From: Lingula anatina
Lineage: Eukaryota > Animalia > Brachiopoda
Assembly (NCBI GenBank): GCA_051362555.1
Contig: CM120646.1
Span: 3,534,001 to 3,598,000 of the forward strand
DNA length: 64,000 bases
Direction of reading: 5' to 3'
The notes beneath the pieces are model-generated. The model worked only from the letters and a program-made list of their open reading frames with translations. It was not told the origin of the DNA and made no database searches. Position numbers and translations under genes: made by a program. Positions 26,634-38,644 of the stretch are shown piece after piece (within the stretch, counting starts at the first letter, position 1; each line of letters opens with the position of its first letter).

Positions 26634-27547
26634 AGAATTTTTGTTATTTTGAAAAATATATTTTCTAGTATCCAGAGCTCCATGCTATGATCATGAGGCG
26701 GTTCAATGAACCTGGAGATGTGGAGAAAGCCTGGCAGCTGGTGAATAAGGTGGGTAAGGGTGTTTATTTATAAGTTTGTTTGGGGTGGAAATAGCTTGGA
26801 TGTTGGTGAATAAGTCTGAAGGTAGTTTCACTGACAGGGTGATATTTTATGTCATTTTTCATATCATAACACCAAGATCTAGAATAGTTCTATATTATTT
26901 AATATGACCAACCCTGAATATATAATACAGGTTCCCCCCTCCCTCCAAAAAAAAAAAAAAAAAAGAGAAAGAAATTATTAAATTCTACAAAGGTCCATCA
27001 AATATCAAGACATTTGCTGGACTTAAACTGCAATATGTGCATGACCATTCCCCAAAGTTTCAGTTTTTTTGGCCACTTTGCATAAATGTTATAATGTTTT
27101 TTTAAAATATGCTCCAAATGGGCACACTTGCATACGTCATGAAAAAATTGTCAATTTCTCAAGCACATTCATCCTTCGGGATTTCCTTGAATTTTTATGT
27201 GATTGCTCCCCACAGTTCACCCACCTTGTGAGGGTTGCTCTGATACAAATTGTCTTTGATGGACCTTTGCAGTATTTAATTTTTTTAGGTTCACTCTGTA
27301 TAACATGACGACCAGATAGACAAAGTTTTTTCTGTTTGCTGTAAACACTTATATTTCACTATATATAATTATTTTTTTTTACTTATAATATCTTTGTGTT
27401 TTTCAGAGTGACGGCCTTGAGCACACACGAAGCATGGCCAGACAACACTGCAAGGAGGCAGTCTTTCAGATCAACAAGTTAAAAGACTCTGTAGAAAGAA
27501 GGGGACTTGTAGCCGTAACTGAAAAGATTTTGAGCAGACAGAAATAG
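22196..27547 (+). CDS. PDSS1: All-trans-polyprenyl (decaprenyl) diphosphate synthase subunit 1, about 10 exons
   Basis: Transit-peptide-like exon 22196-22363. Later exons approx. 23071-23261, 23660-23794 ([10 protein letters not shown]), 24065-24203 ([22 protein letters not shown]), 24531-24642 (AILTGDFIL), 25106-25215 ([12 protein letters not shown]), 25804-25885, 26129-26242 (LIDDLLDF...[20 protein letters not shown]), 26669-26749 and 27407-27547. Both DDxxD motifs are intact, which favours PDSS1 over PDSS2. Confidence 0.93.
25472..25620. mobile_element. 149-bp GC-rich MITE in a PDSS1 intron
   Basis: Perfect 13-bp TIR CAGGGCCGTAGCC / GGCTACGGCCCTG, with CCCAT directly on both sides (apparent 5-bp TSD). 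Confidence 0.85.
26985..27272. mobile_element. Non-autonomous TIR element in the last PDSS1 intron
   Basis: Inverted ends ctacaaaggtccatcaa / ttgatggacctttgcag. The core (ccattccccaaagtttcagtt...atatgctccaaat...cacacttgcat) recurs at about 38970-39180. Confidence 0.6.
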
Positions 27548-30500
27548 TGTCAGAGTTTATATAGTGATAAAAATGTTTTCGCTGACAGCTATAAAACAAG
27601 GGAGAAACACAATGGGACTGATCAAGGTGTAGAAGTAGAAAGACTTTAAGTGTTGAGGTTATAATGAAACTGGCCATGGCAAAGTGGGTGGGGCTGTGTC
27701 ATGTTTTCCTTAACATGGTCAAATAAGCAAGACTCGTGATGACACTTTACTCATATATAGTGGTACTGTCAACAGGGGAAAATGCCATGCAAGTACTGAA
27801 ATAGTTTTCAGAGCATTATTAAAAACGATACATGCAAAACATTAGGAATTTGATGTTCAACAAAAACATTTCAAGAATAACGTACCCCCCCCCCCCCCCC
27901 CTTCAGCTGTTGTGTGTACCCTACCTGACATGCCCTAAGCTCCCCTGTCAAATGGGTAAAGTTATCGTTTGGTGCCCCCCCCAGCAATGTTCACATTCAC
28001 GCGAGGGCTGGTACAATCAGTAAATTAAAAGAAACACGTGGACAGGAGTGCTAGGGGGGCTGACCCTTTGGACAGGTATAGTTACCTAAGGGAAAGTTGG
28101 TGGTCACCACGGTCTTATTAAGCAAATATGTTGAGGGCAATATGATGTGTTCACATCACAATAAGCTGTGCCGCCATGACTTTTTTCCAAGTTTGATAAG
28201 TTTGGAGAAATTAACTTAATATCCTGGCTATAACAAAATCATCCATTCCAAGTGGGGGCCCGCACTAAACAGGTTAACAGAAATATGCAGTTGGAATAGC
28301 GTTGATAAAAAGATATGTTAAGAAATATTGGCATGGAATGTGGAGTTACCAGACCCATAAGTTATTGTTTTGTGGCTTTTAGGGATCATAACACTCACAA
28401 TATTTCACACTTGCAAAAATGGAATTGCATGCTCATTTCTAGGCGTACGTGTATTTTCGGCCAGACCTTACGAACTAGAAGTGAAACTTTGGAGAATTTG
28501 TGAAAAGTTGTAAAGTTCTCTGTAGCGGAACCACATCATAGAACCCCTCAAAATGTACCAGTACAGCTATATTGCTTGAGTATAACACTCATGTTCTATA
28601 AGGCTTCTAGATTAGTGTCCCCGCCCCCCCCCCCCCCCCCCCCCCTGTCTTGGTAGATTGATATTGTGTTATGATACTGGTGGATGTGTTGAGACTCGTA
28701 GATTTATAATGGCCAGAAAGCTGGATGTGCTGCACAGTTTGGATGGCTGTCTGTCTTCCACTGTGTTTGTGTTTTGTTAATTTTGGGCTCAATTACTGTG
28801 TACACAGTTATGTGTGGGATGAACGGTTGACGTTCCTCTTATTTATTTATATTTCATAAAGACATGTCAACCCTCTGGACTTTGTGTTTTTATTCATTTA
28901 ATACCCATTGGTCAGAAAAAAGGTTAAACTAGTTTTGAATTAGTTGTAATAATAAGATGAGCAAATATTTTCTTTCTGGTGGAAAAAAATGAATCAAACG
29001 GAGTAAACAAGTTTATAAAGTCATGCTGAAAAGAATTCTTTTTAAATTATTACTTTTTTTACTATTATTATTTTTTTGTGTTTACAAGAATGCATATCCC
29101 CCAACTTGGCAAGTGTTTTCTAAGACTTCTTGTGAAATTTTTAATGTTTGGATAAATTTATTTCCGGAACTCGAACCTCACAAAGAAGGCTACTTTAGCA
29201 TTAAAATACTTTCATAAAATATATACCCGGTATACTACATTGTTGCATTACGCCCTAAAATAAAGAAAGTGCGAAAATTAAACTTTTTCTCAATTGTGGT
29301 ATTATATATTGTGGTATTATAATTATATATTTGTCAAATTAGATATTCATTTCATGACATTCATCTAGCGAAACGTGTTAATCACTTCCAAGAACTTAAA
29401 ATAAACCGCCCATGACTGTCCTTAGCCTACATTAATCAAGGCATTAATCGCACATGATTATAACCTCTCTTTATACTCTGTGTCTGCGCCCTGGCACCCT
29501 CTGAGTTGGAAGTAAGATGATGCAGACAACAATAAGGGCTCGAGTGAATCAAAGTAAATTAAACATTGAATCCCTTATAAAATATTATAAGATCCAAGTT
29601 TAAATTCGGGAGTGACCCCCAAATTATTTCTGTGGGAGTCATGCAAAAAGGTTTTGATGTCACGTATACGATGGGGACTTCAGGACGTGTGGCAATAAAG
29701 CCCGCATCTAGGGTTTTGGTTACTTTATACTAGAGGCCTGCGGCTGAGTGTTGACATTAATTTCTTTGCAATTCTCCCTGGATACAATGGAAAGTGCTCA
29801 AGAATTTGCCAGAGAAATATCTCTAAAAAATCCAGCGAAAGATCAATCTGTGGCCCCAGAAGAGGGAAGGTTTTTGGAGCATTCAGATAGACACATCGTG
29901 CCAGTGGGGTCAGTCCAACTCTGCGGGGGCTCTCGCTACGTGCAGTCGACTAAACTGAATGAAACGTGTCCAGGTCCAGGTAGCCTCAGAGGCTCTGGAA
30001 GCCGAGCGCACAATAATTAATAAATTATCCCATATCAGCACCTGGAGGCGTGGCAGGCAATCAAGCTGATTTCACTGATTGTAGGCCTACTTAGAATCCC
30101 CAGCATAGTTGAACCGACCCAACTGATACGTTGTGTCTGTCTGAATAAATGCTAATTTTGATCGTTGTCGTTGTAGGTGCAACTTGGTACGTGATCGGCT
30201 CCTCCTCAGGGAGGCGAGAGCGTCAACATCCAGTCTTTATCTTGGCCAAAAATGACCAGTCCATTGTAAAATTTCACCAAGGTCTTATTGTAAACCGTGC
30301 ATAAATGAATATAATGCAGTGTGGTATATAAGAACCGAACTTTTCACTTAAATTAACCAGACGCAACCAGACCGAATAATGAAATTCACGTGTAAAATGT
30401 TTTCACCATCACCGCGTAACGGCTATCTTTAAAATGCAGAACATTAAAGCAATGCCCATTTGACTTACTATTGAATTACCATAACGTGAGCGCTAAATTT

Positions 30501-30850
30501 TCCTTTACCCGTATAACGTGAAAATTAAATTTGTGTGCTTGAAGTAAAGCGCGGGAGACAATCTGCGAATTGTTCTTACGTTTTTAGTATTCACGGTTTT
30601 ATTGCTAGCCGAGGGAATATTCCAAGTGGGCATATCACAAGGCAAGTGCAGCATAAGACATTTTTCGAAGAATGTACAATATTTTCTATATCAAGATTTC
30701 AGAGCACTGTTCTAACTATTTGCGTTTATCAAAGAATAAAGTAGTGCACGTTTTAAACAATAAAGATGAGATATTTAGATTGGCTTAGTTTTCAACTTTA
30801 ACGATAATATTTAGTGCAGTTTTGTTCTTTATCCAGTAAAGGTATCCAAT

Positions 30851-31399
30851 ATGTCCGCTGGTCATAGCGCAACCCCGTTTTGGCATCGCAAGATTCGTTC
30901 TTTCTTTGTGACTTTTGATCACGACCTTGACGGCGTTGTTCGCAGAGAAGACATGGTGGACTGGTGTCTGGAAAATGCGAAAGGGCATCTAGGTCAAGGT
31001 CAACTGGAGGTCTTCAAGGGGTTAATCAGTGGTGGATGGGAATACTTCTGGGCTGGGCCAGAAAAGAGAGAAGAGGTTACAATTGATTATGTAACAAAAA
31101 ACTTCCTGCGCGCATTTGGCGATCCAAATTTTGATGAAGAACTGAGAAAGTGGATGACAGCTTATTTCGATGGAGTTGCGGACGCCAATGGCGACGGCTA
31201 TGCGACTTTACATGAATATGCGACATTTCTAAGAATTTTTGGCGTTCATCCGTTATCTGTCACTCCGTCGTTTCAGGCCCTTGACATGGATAGTGACGGG
31301 GTGATCACCAGACAAGAGTTCGTGAACGCAGGAGTATCGTTTTATCACAGCACCATGGATACTCCGGCAAAACTGTTTTGGGGACCTTTTGTAGCTTAA
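30851..31399 (+). CDS. Sarcoplasmic calcium-binding protein (SCP/calexcitin/aequorin-fold EF-hand protein), 182 aa, uninterrupted CDS
   Basis: EF loops DHDLDGVVRRED, DANGDGYATLHE and DMDSDGVITRQE, with EF2 degenerate. N-terminal FWHRKIRSFF and C-terminal LFWGPFV resemble invertebrate SCPs. AATAAA follows near 31460. Confidence 0.9.
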   Translation: MSAGHSATPFWHRKIRSFFVTFDHDLDGVVRREDMVDWCLENAKGHLGQGQLEVFKGLISGGWEYFWAGPEKREEVTIDYVTKNFLRAFGDPNFDEELRKWMTAYFDGVADANGDGYATLHEYATFLRIFGVHPLSVTPSFQALDMDSDGVITRQEFVNAGVSFYHSTMDTPAKLFWGPFVA

Positions 31400-32416
31400 A
31401 AGAAAATATTTTATTTATTTATTATGCAGATAACATGCAATATGATATAATAATCATGTAATAAAAAGTAAAAAAAAAATCGGCGTTTACAGTTTTCTTT
31501 TCTTTCAAAAAAAAAAAAAAAAATGAAATAAATAAATAAACAATCTTTAATTTATTTTCAAGATAGATAAGCCTTGTTTACTGTAATTTTATTTCAAACC
31601 AAATTTAAGTTTCCTCGAGGCGCTCGAGTTAATTAATTTTTCATATATATTCATTTGATGCTGTAATTTCCTTGAGGTCTTTATTCCACGTGTCAGTCTA
31701 ACAGTTCTGATCTGATATATCCATTTGTAGCCGTGTGCAACGCAGCTCACGCGGTGTGAGGCGTCTCGATTTCGGGAACAAATAAAATGACACATTGTCT
31801 GCAGAACTGCTTGTAAATCGGTGCACTACACAGAAATGTCCTGTTCCCTTTCGGAGACGGGCTCTCCATATATTTAGTGAAAACACAGGAAAAACATTCT
31901 AAGGCCTTGTATGATTCTAAGTTAGAATGCTTTTATGGAATTGGCCCCTGGTGTATATTTTCACAAATCCTGTGATATATTGCCTGTTCCCAATTTAATT
32001 TTTCGATTTCATGGTATGTTTATTTGTTTATTATGTGTCTAATAATAACAAAAATCGCTTCCGTCGCTCTTACGGTTAAATTACGTCTTAAACAGCGGTG
32101 GTAGCGCCCTCGCTGTGAGCGACCATTGTTGCCCATCGTAGTCACCCTTATCATTATCACTGTCGGCGTTCACTGCGCATAACATGTAGACAGCGTAGTT
32201 TAGCTTAGTTCAATTAGGTTTGTTCATTGTAACGTATGGATACACCTGGATGGATGAACATGACAATATTAATGTAATTTAGATTTAAATGAGCATGCTA
32301 TCAACCAATTACAAGGGGCATGACTACTAATTAACTTATTAAAGACAATTGTTTAATCGAAGTTACTATTAACTATTACTACTGCTCCGATAAGTGCAGC
32401 ATTGGTTTCTATTCCC

Positions 32417-32447
<31 letters not shown>

Positions 32448-33329
32448 ACACACACAGCTGTAGCAAAGCAAAGGAGAGAAACTGAGCTAATGCAATGAGG
32501 GTCTCTTCATATTGGGATATTAAAATGATAGTAAACTTTTCATCAATTGTTCTGAGGCCAAAGTTTGTGTTATGTTTTGTCAATACTTTGTACGTTAATA
32601 TGGTTCGTTGCATAGGAGGCACGTTTTGTCTTTCATCTTCAATTTTGTCTTTACAGCAGTAAACGACTTAGGCTTTTTCTTTTTCAGCATCTTCAACATC
32701 CAGATTCTTTTCGTTTTTAAATGTATTTTTGAACTGACAGCAGCGTAAGCTATTAAAGGGTCTGGTATCTTAATAGCAATTTACATAGAGGTGCTCATAG
32801 CTAGAATTATCTTCAGCCCAGAGCTCCACATAAATGGGCTGTAACCGAAGTCACTACATAAGAAAGTGCCGGGTGTGCAAGAAGTCATATTTTATTTGCA
32901 ATATCATTTGATAAGTTTACATTAGTTACCGTAAAATGAATAAAATGAATTTCTATGAAATATTATTTAAAACAAATATTAATAAAAAGAATAAGTTATC
33001 TGTCAACCGTCTTTTGTTAAAGATTGTTTTGCAGTATTTAATACCTCAAAATATTAGTGGCTCGAAATATCTACAGTCTCCATCTTTATAGAATGCAGGA
33101 AATACTGTTTATTATCTGGGTGACATTATACGCCTGGAATCCCACCCTGTGACAGTGTTGGCTACCCTAGGTTCTAGATTTCCGTATTGCCAGCTCGATC
33201 TTGATTTCATATTTAACCCATATCAGCAATAAGAAGTAAAAGCGACCCCATCACAAGGTATATTTTAATATTTAACAAGCTAGCTTTTACTGTGCACTGA
33301 CACTCAGCTAGGATAGTGTTGGCCAGACC

Positions 33330-34183
33330 ATGGGAACATACAAAATGAAGACGTGGATGATTTCCTTAGTTTTTATGATCTTATACGTCCATACAGGTAG
33401 GCTGTAATGCTGAGGCGAGAGTTCCTCTTGCGTCTGTAACTTCTAATTATGGTTGGGCACTTGCGTTGCAATTCCAATGGTATTCTTTTGATCGGGATCT
33501 CGCTGTTCAAAGGAAGAGTAAATCTAAAGTTTCACAGCTGTGGCTTAAAGGGATAATAACTCTTCGTATGAGAACTATATTTCACAATTAAAACATTGTG
33601 AACAACTCATAGAAATATAATAAATTCTGTTGTACCACAAAAACGGTAGTTATAGCTATTATTCTAATATCTGAGCTTATCTTTAGACCACGTGACCTCC
33701 ACTGATGGCTATACTCTGTTACTCTGTTACGAGATTATAACCAAAAAAAAAAAAAAAAAAAAAAAAGAAAAGAAAAACAAACTTTTTAGGTAAAAAAAAA
33801 CAAAAAAACAGGGACTAAGTTTGAATGTAAAAATGGATTCATTTACCATTGGCAAGTATGGGAAAATTGTTGTTTACTCCAGGAAAATTCATTTTTGGGC
33901 CAAAATGAAGAGTTATTATCCCTTTAAACGTTACAGACGCCTTAAGCTTACAATATACATGTATATACTACATTTTTATATTCGTATTCATGCAACCGAC
34001 ACCGTGCTGGCGTAGAACGGTTTCTAACTTGAACTGTCTTTACAGCGTCTGCGGTCAAATGTTACCAGTGCTCCCCCACCAGCTCATTCTGTAAAGACCC
34101 CTACTACCCAAACTTAATTGACACCGACGACGAAACCGTCCTCTGCGAATATGGTTGTGCCAAGCTCGTCACTACAGGTGATT

Positions 34184-34237
<54 letters not shown>

Positions 34238-35303
34238 CTTATTCAGACCAGCGGACTAAGGCTTCATTAACATGCAATGTCTATTTTCTAAATTCTATTT
34301 CCTATTCGCGGTATGTCTTATGATCACGGTCTGTGCCCTGAATATCCCGCGGCGTAATTACTGGCAGCGCGAGCCAGTTACTATAAGTTACTATAAGTAA
34401 CTGGCTCGCGCTGCCAGTAATTACGCGGCGGGATATTCAGGGCACAGACCGTGATCATAAGATAGCGCGAATAGAAAATAGATTTTTAGAAAATAGACAT
34501 TCCATATGAACGAAGCCTAAAAGCTTGTTCAGAACAGGGACTAACAGATCCGCGGATCCAGAATGACCCATCCACTTGAATGCTTGTTGCGTAATCCTTG
34601 CAGGAAATCTATTCAGTGTCTAATCCTGCATTGAGCAGCATGCTTTTTAGTGGGTCGCCATGTTTGCTCTGCGGATCTGTTAGTCCACTGTTCAGAACAC
34701 GCTCTAACAAATCAGCGGGTACTGAATAGATTCGCCGTGGAGGACAGACAACAAGCATTCAAGTGGGTCGGCCATATTTGATCCGCGGATCTGTTAGGCC
34801 TAATTCACAACATCAGACTAACAAGTTCAAAGTTAGCAAATCTATTGAATGATGACGCTGTACACGAAATGTACAGGAAATTGAGAAATTAACATCGTGC
34901 ACTACACTGGCAAAATTGTGTACAGGGAGACTCCGCTAACACAATAGAGAAATTAACATCGTGCACTACTCTGGCACATATTGTGTACGAGAGACTCCGC
35001 TAACACAATAGAGAGGTGAGGGTCGAGCCAAACTCTGGCACATTACCGGAGAGGGTTAGACTCCACGTGGCTACAGGCGAAACTCATCATTGTTATTTCA
35101 TTCCAGACGGCGTGACCAGAGGTTGCTCTCACAATGAGAAACCGATATGCGCAAAGGTCAACACTGCCGGCGGGGAGAAGGCAGCGTGTATATGTAACTC
35201 CGACCTATGTAACGCGGCCACCCACCCCCAACCTGCGACACTGCTGGCCGTTCTCATGTTCACCGCGATCTGCTTCACCATGTATCTGAAGATGTATTCC
35301 TAA
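33330..35303 (+). CDS. Secreted GPI-anchored Ly6/uPAR (three-finger, quiver/sleepless-like) protein, 3 exons
   Basis: Exons 33330(or 33345)-33396 (signal peptide MKTWMISLVFMILYVHT), 34046-34177 (VKCYQCSPTSSFCKDP...CEYGCAK) and 35107-35303 (VTRGCS...C...CICNSDLCN plus hydrophobic tail). It has 10 Cys, the CN terminus of an LU domain and two phase-1 introns. Confidence 0.9.
33549..33923. mobile_element. Kolobok-like non-autonomous DNA transposon in Ly6 intron 1
   Basis: TTAA|AGGGATAATAACTCTTC ... GAAGAGTTATTATCCCT|TTAA: a 17-bp perfect TIR, TTAA TSD and AG...CT termini. Confidence 0.85.
34260..34517. mobile_element. Fully palindromic 258-bp MITE with TAA TSD (PIF/Harbinger Tourist-like)
   Basis: taa|ggcttcattaacatg ... 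catatgaacgaagcc|taa. Arms of about 120 bp are complementary, and the inner ~65 bp are nearly perfect. Confidence 0.9.
34521..34704. mobile_element. Second TAA-flanked MITE, inside an older copy of the same family (about 34235-34800)
   Basis: TIRs aagcttgttcagaacagggactaacagatccgc / gcggatctgttagtccactgttcagaacacgctc, with TAA at 34518-34520 and 34705-34707. Confidence 0.75.
34884..35013. repeat. Two-copy tandem duplication of about 64 bp
   Basis: gagaaattaacatcgtgcactac.ctggca...ttgtgtac...gagactccgctaacacaata occurs twice. Confidence 0.9.
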
Positions 35304-35689
35304 CCAAATGGAACTTTATGAAGAGAAATCGTTTCAGCAGGCAGGAACGTAATAGATAATAATATTTGACATGGTGTTTGTTCATGTCCATGCTGCATCG
35401 ACTAGTGTGCCGCAGTCACCATAGGCCTACCACAGTTACGACGACCAGGTGATACATACTGTGTTTACATTCCTTGTGCTGAGATTTCCCACAGAGACAT
35501 CGGAAAACTGGTCTCGATAACTGAATTATGACCCAAACAGACCACATTAATATTTAAGCAACTTATACTTAGTTGTTAATAGATATAAAGAAGTAATTAA
35601 TGGCAAAAACGGAGTCTTAGGAACTCCAGAGATGATAAAGGTTTTGGCTGTTGTGCTAGTAGCTGTGAACACCATGACAAAGTGACTTA

Positions 35690-35897
35690 GGCTGTATTCC
35701 CAGAGATCGATCTATCCCCGCGGGGAGTCTCATTAGATTACTGTCAGATAATCCGGCTTAAATGTCCGTCCCGCCTACTACAAGCTGTAAGGGGGTAATT
35801 AACTTTCGTGTCCGCCCGGCTGACAGCTATTTAGCGTGAACCCCCAGGGAGTTAGGTCGATCTAAAGTAGATCGATCTAATCTCTGGAAATGGGGTC
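35690..35897 (-). mobile_element. MITE family A, copy 2 (TTA TSD)
   Basis: tta|ggctgtattccca ... tggaaatggggtc|tta. Reverse complement of copies 1 and 3. Confidence 0.92.
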
Positions 35898-37064
35898 TTA
35901 AATGAAAGCATCAACGCCATCAAACCACCAAACAGTTTATAAAATGTTATACACTTTTATTGGCACAATAAAAAAGGATTCCCATACAGTAAGATGGTGA
36001 GACGAATTTAAGTGAAAACATGCATGCTAATAAATGGATTTAAAAGCAAGTAGACGTATTTCATAAATGAATTATTCATCTTTTTTCAAGCTGCTGGTTC
36101 GACGTTTTGTTACATATACTTCCAATAAACTGGGCAAAAACGATGTAAATCATCTTGTACGGCCTTGTGCCCAAAACATTGGGATACCCTGCAATGTGGG
36201 ATAAGTGTATTTACTGTTTTATCCAGTACCAGTTCGTTTTCTCATCCAAAACTGCTGTATAAAGATGTTACATTTGCACTGTTATAATAGAGCTTGTTAT
36301 TTGCCGCTCTTTCAAGATTAATATTGAGCTGTCTTTCGCTTAACTGGAAAACCTACAGTAACTTGCTGTGCTGATAAAATTCAAGATCTACTGGTGAGAT
36401 TCAAAGCGTTTAACCATGCAAATTCTTAATATTTACTGCAAACTTTAAATCGCTAATTACATTTAATAAAAGCGGGCCGGGCGACAAAAAAATCAGAAAA
36501 AGAACTATTATCGCTGCTTACTTTACTTGAATACCTTAATATTTACCGTATCCGTAGCCAGCGCCGTAGCCGTGAGCATAGCTTGCTTCATTAAAAATTA
36601 TATTTGAAGTGTACTGACTGAGTGACTAATTATATGATATAATTATGTATTTACCAAACATCTAATGGAGGATATCAAACCTCCCAAATAGGTTTGCCTT
36701 GTGAGTACCTTCTTATGTAAAAATAAATTTTATTTTGCAATCAAAACAGATAAATGATTGAAGACAGGCTCGTAAGGCCAACTAAGCAATACCTTTTTTG
36801 GTATAGGTAGAGTTACTTGAGTATTGGATTATATATATTCTGAAAATTCAGTCAGTAATTTTTGGGGTAGAGTAATTTTGTGTGTGTATGTGGAGTGGCA
36901 GATTTAGGGGGTGTCAGGGGGTGTCCTGACCCCCTCTTCGCGCGCGCGCGAGCGCGAGCGCGCGCGTGTGTGTGTGTGTGTGTGCCAGGGTGTGGGCCGT
37001 AGGGCGTGCGAGGGAATCTCCTGTTCTAACAGTATATAGTCTATGACTGGGTTCCGCACTAACA

Positions 37065-37222
37065 CGATCGATCTAACTCCTAAATTGTATTTAGTTTAAG
37101 CGGCTAAAATGTCTGTCACGCCCACTGGAGCTGCTGGGGGAGGGGGGGGGGAGGTGTTCATTTTCGTGCACGTTTAAACTGATAGCAATTTAGCGGGAAA
37201 CCCCTCGGAGATAGATCGATCC
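37065..37222 (+). mobile_element. Diverged internal fragment related to MITE family A
   Basis: gatcgatctaactcc...cggctaaaatgtctgtcacgcccact...gatagcaatttagcgggaaacccctcggagatagatcgatc resembles the family core. Confidence 0.6.
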
Positions 37223-38250
37223 TGCTAGTACGATAGGGTTACGGGTTGGTCCCTGTGTTAACAGGTGTGTATTGTAATAATAAGAAGATTACAATAACAA
37301 AGTCCAAAAAAGTCACATGAAGATAACACAGAAAACCTATAGCTACCTTTCCATAACAACAGAAAAGTTTGTCTCAGGCACATACGTACGACATTTCAAG
37401 ATGCGCGGTACTAATAATGATCTAAGTTTCAATTAAAATGGCATAGGTTGACATCACTACCAACAGGCATACATTTCACACAGCATGCTGTCGATGGAAA
37501 GACCCGATACGGCATTCTTCGGCTACCAAGCACATGCTTCTGTATTCAAGTCAAATATTTGTTGTGCGGAAAAGGGGATTCCCCAATTAATGCGACGTAC
37601 TTTTCTACGGTCAAGGTGACGGGGTCAGGGTCATAGTAAGCGAAGCTCCAACCAGGTACAGTATTCTTTAGGTACATTAACTGAAAATTGGTGATGTTAT
37701 TCACTTTTGGGTACAGCGTATAGAACTGGGGTTGTTGGTGGGGCTGGTTGGGGTAGTGGGGGTGCTGGGGTGGGTGGGTGGGTGGGGGGGGGGGGTGTCA
37801 TCGAACCGTAGGCCTACGTACGTATCTATCCGCCCTATTAAAGCTTTCACATTTCCTCCTTTGTAAACAACGAGGTCCACCGTCACAGCAACACTATTTG
37901 ATCCCTCCATATCCTAACTCTCTGACAGAAGCATGTCGTGCGTATATACCAGAATATAGGGCTGGGGCTGTAGGTAAGACCATAGGCCTATATGGGCGTG
38001 GGCACTGGCGGGTTGGGGTGGGGGTGGGGGGCTAACTCCCCATGTTCTTCAACTACAATTAAGTCATTCGGGTAAAGCGGTGGGTGGGGATAAAGGGAAT
38101 TCCTTCTTCCGGTCGCCAACGGCTGTTAAGGACTGTAAACAACTGTACAACGCTTGCTTACCTCCCGTAAACTTTAGGGCTTATTCAGCATATTTAATAG
38201 GTCTACATGTAGGCCTAATCTGTGCACAGCCTATGCTACTTGATGATATA

Positions 38251-38637
38251 TGCACCCAAAGTTTGGAACACTTTACCCTCTGAAATACGAGCAGCAGGTG
38301 ACATAGATACTTTTAAAAAGCTTTTGAAAACTCATATTTTTAGAATAGCCTATCAGTAGCTATCATATAGTTAATTTTAGTTTTTAATAAGGTGTACTGT
38401 AATTTTATGATTAATTTTAAATGTTGTCACTTTAGGTTCTTATCATTTTAGAATATGAATAATTGGTTCTTTAAATTAGTTCTTAGTCCTTTAAAATTGT
38501 AATGTGTTCTTATATTAGTATTGTGTTATTTAGCTCTTTTAAGTGAATGTTGTAAGGCGCATTGAGATTTTTAATGGAATGCGCCATAGAAAAATAAATT
38601 ATTATTATTATTATTATTATATTATTATTATTATTAC
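38251..38637 (+). mobile_element. 5'-truncated L2-clade LINE 3' end
   Basis: 38252-38359 translates as APKVWNTLPSEIRAAGDIDTFKKLLKTHIFRIAYQ*, typical of the L2/CR1-group ORF2 C-terminus. It is followed by a 3' stem-loop (ggcgcattga...ggaatgcgcc) and an (ATT)n tail. Confidence 0.88.
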
Positions 38638-38644
38638 TTTCTTA

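Noticed and set aside
29748-30020. 90-aa ORF upstream of the SCP gene
   Set aside because: No recognisable domain or convincing splice partners, and it abuts a degenerate MITE.
30851-31399. Calling the EF-hand gene a true photoprotein
   Set aside because: The key His/Trp/Tyr residues and C-terminal Pro are not evident, and SCP hallmarks fit better.
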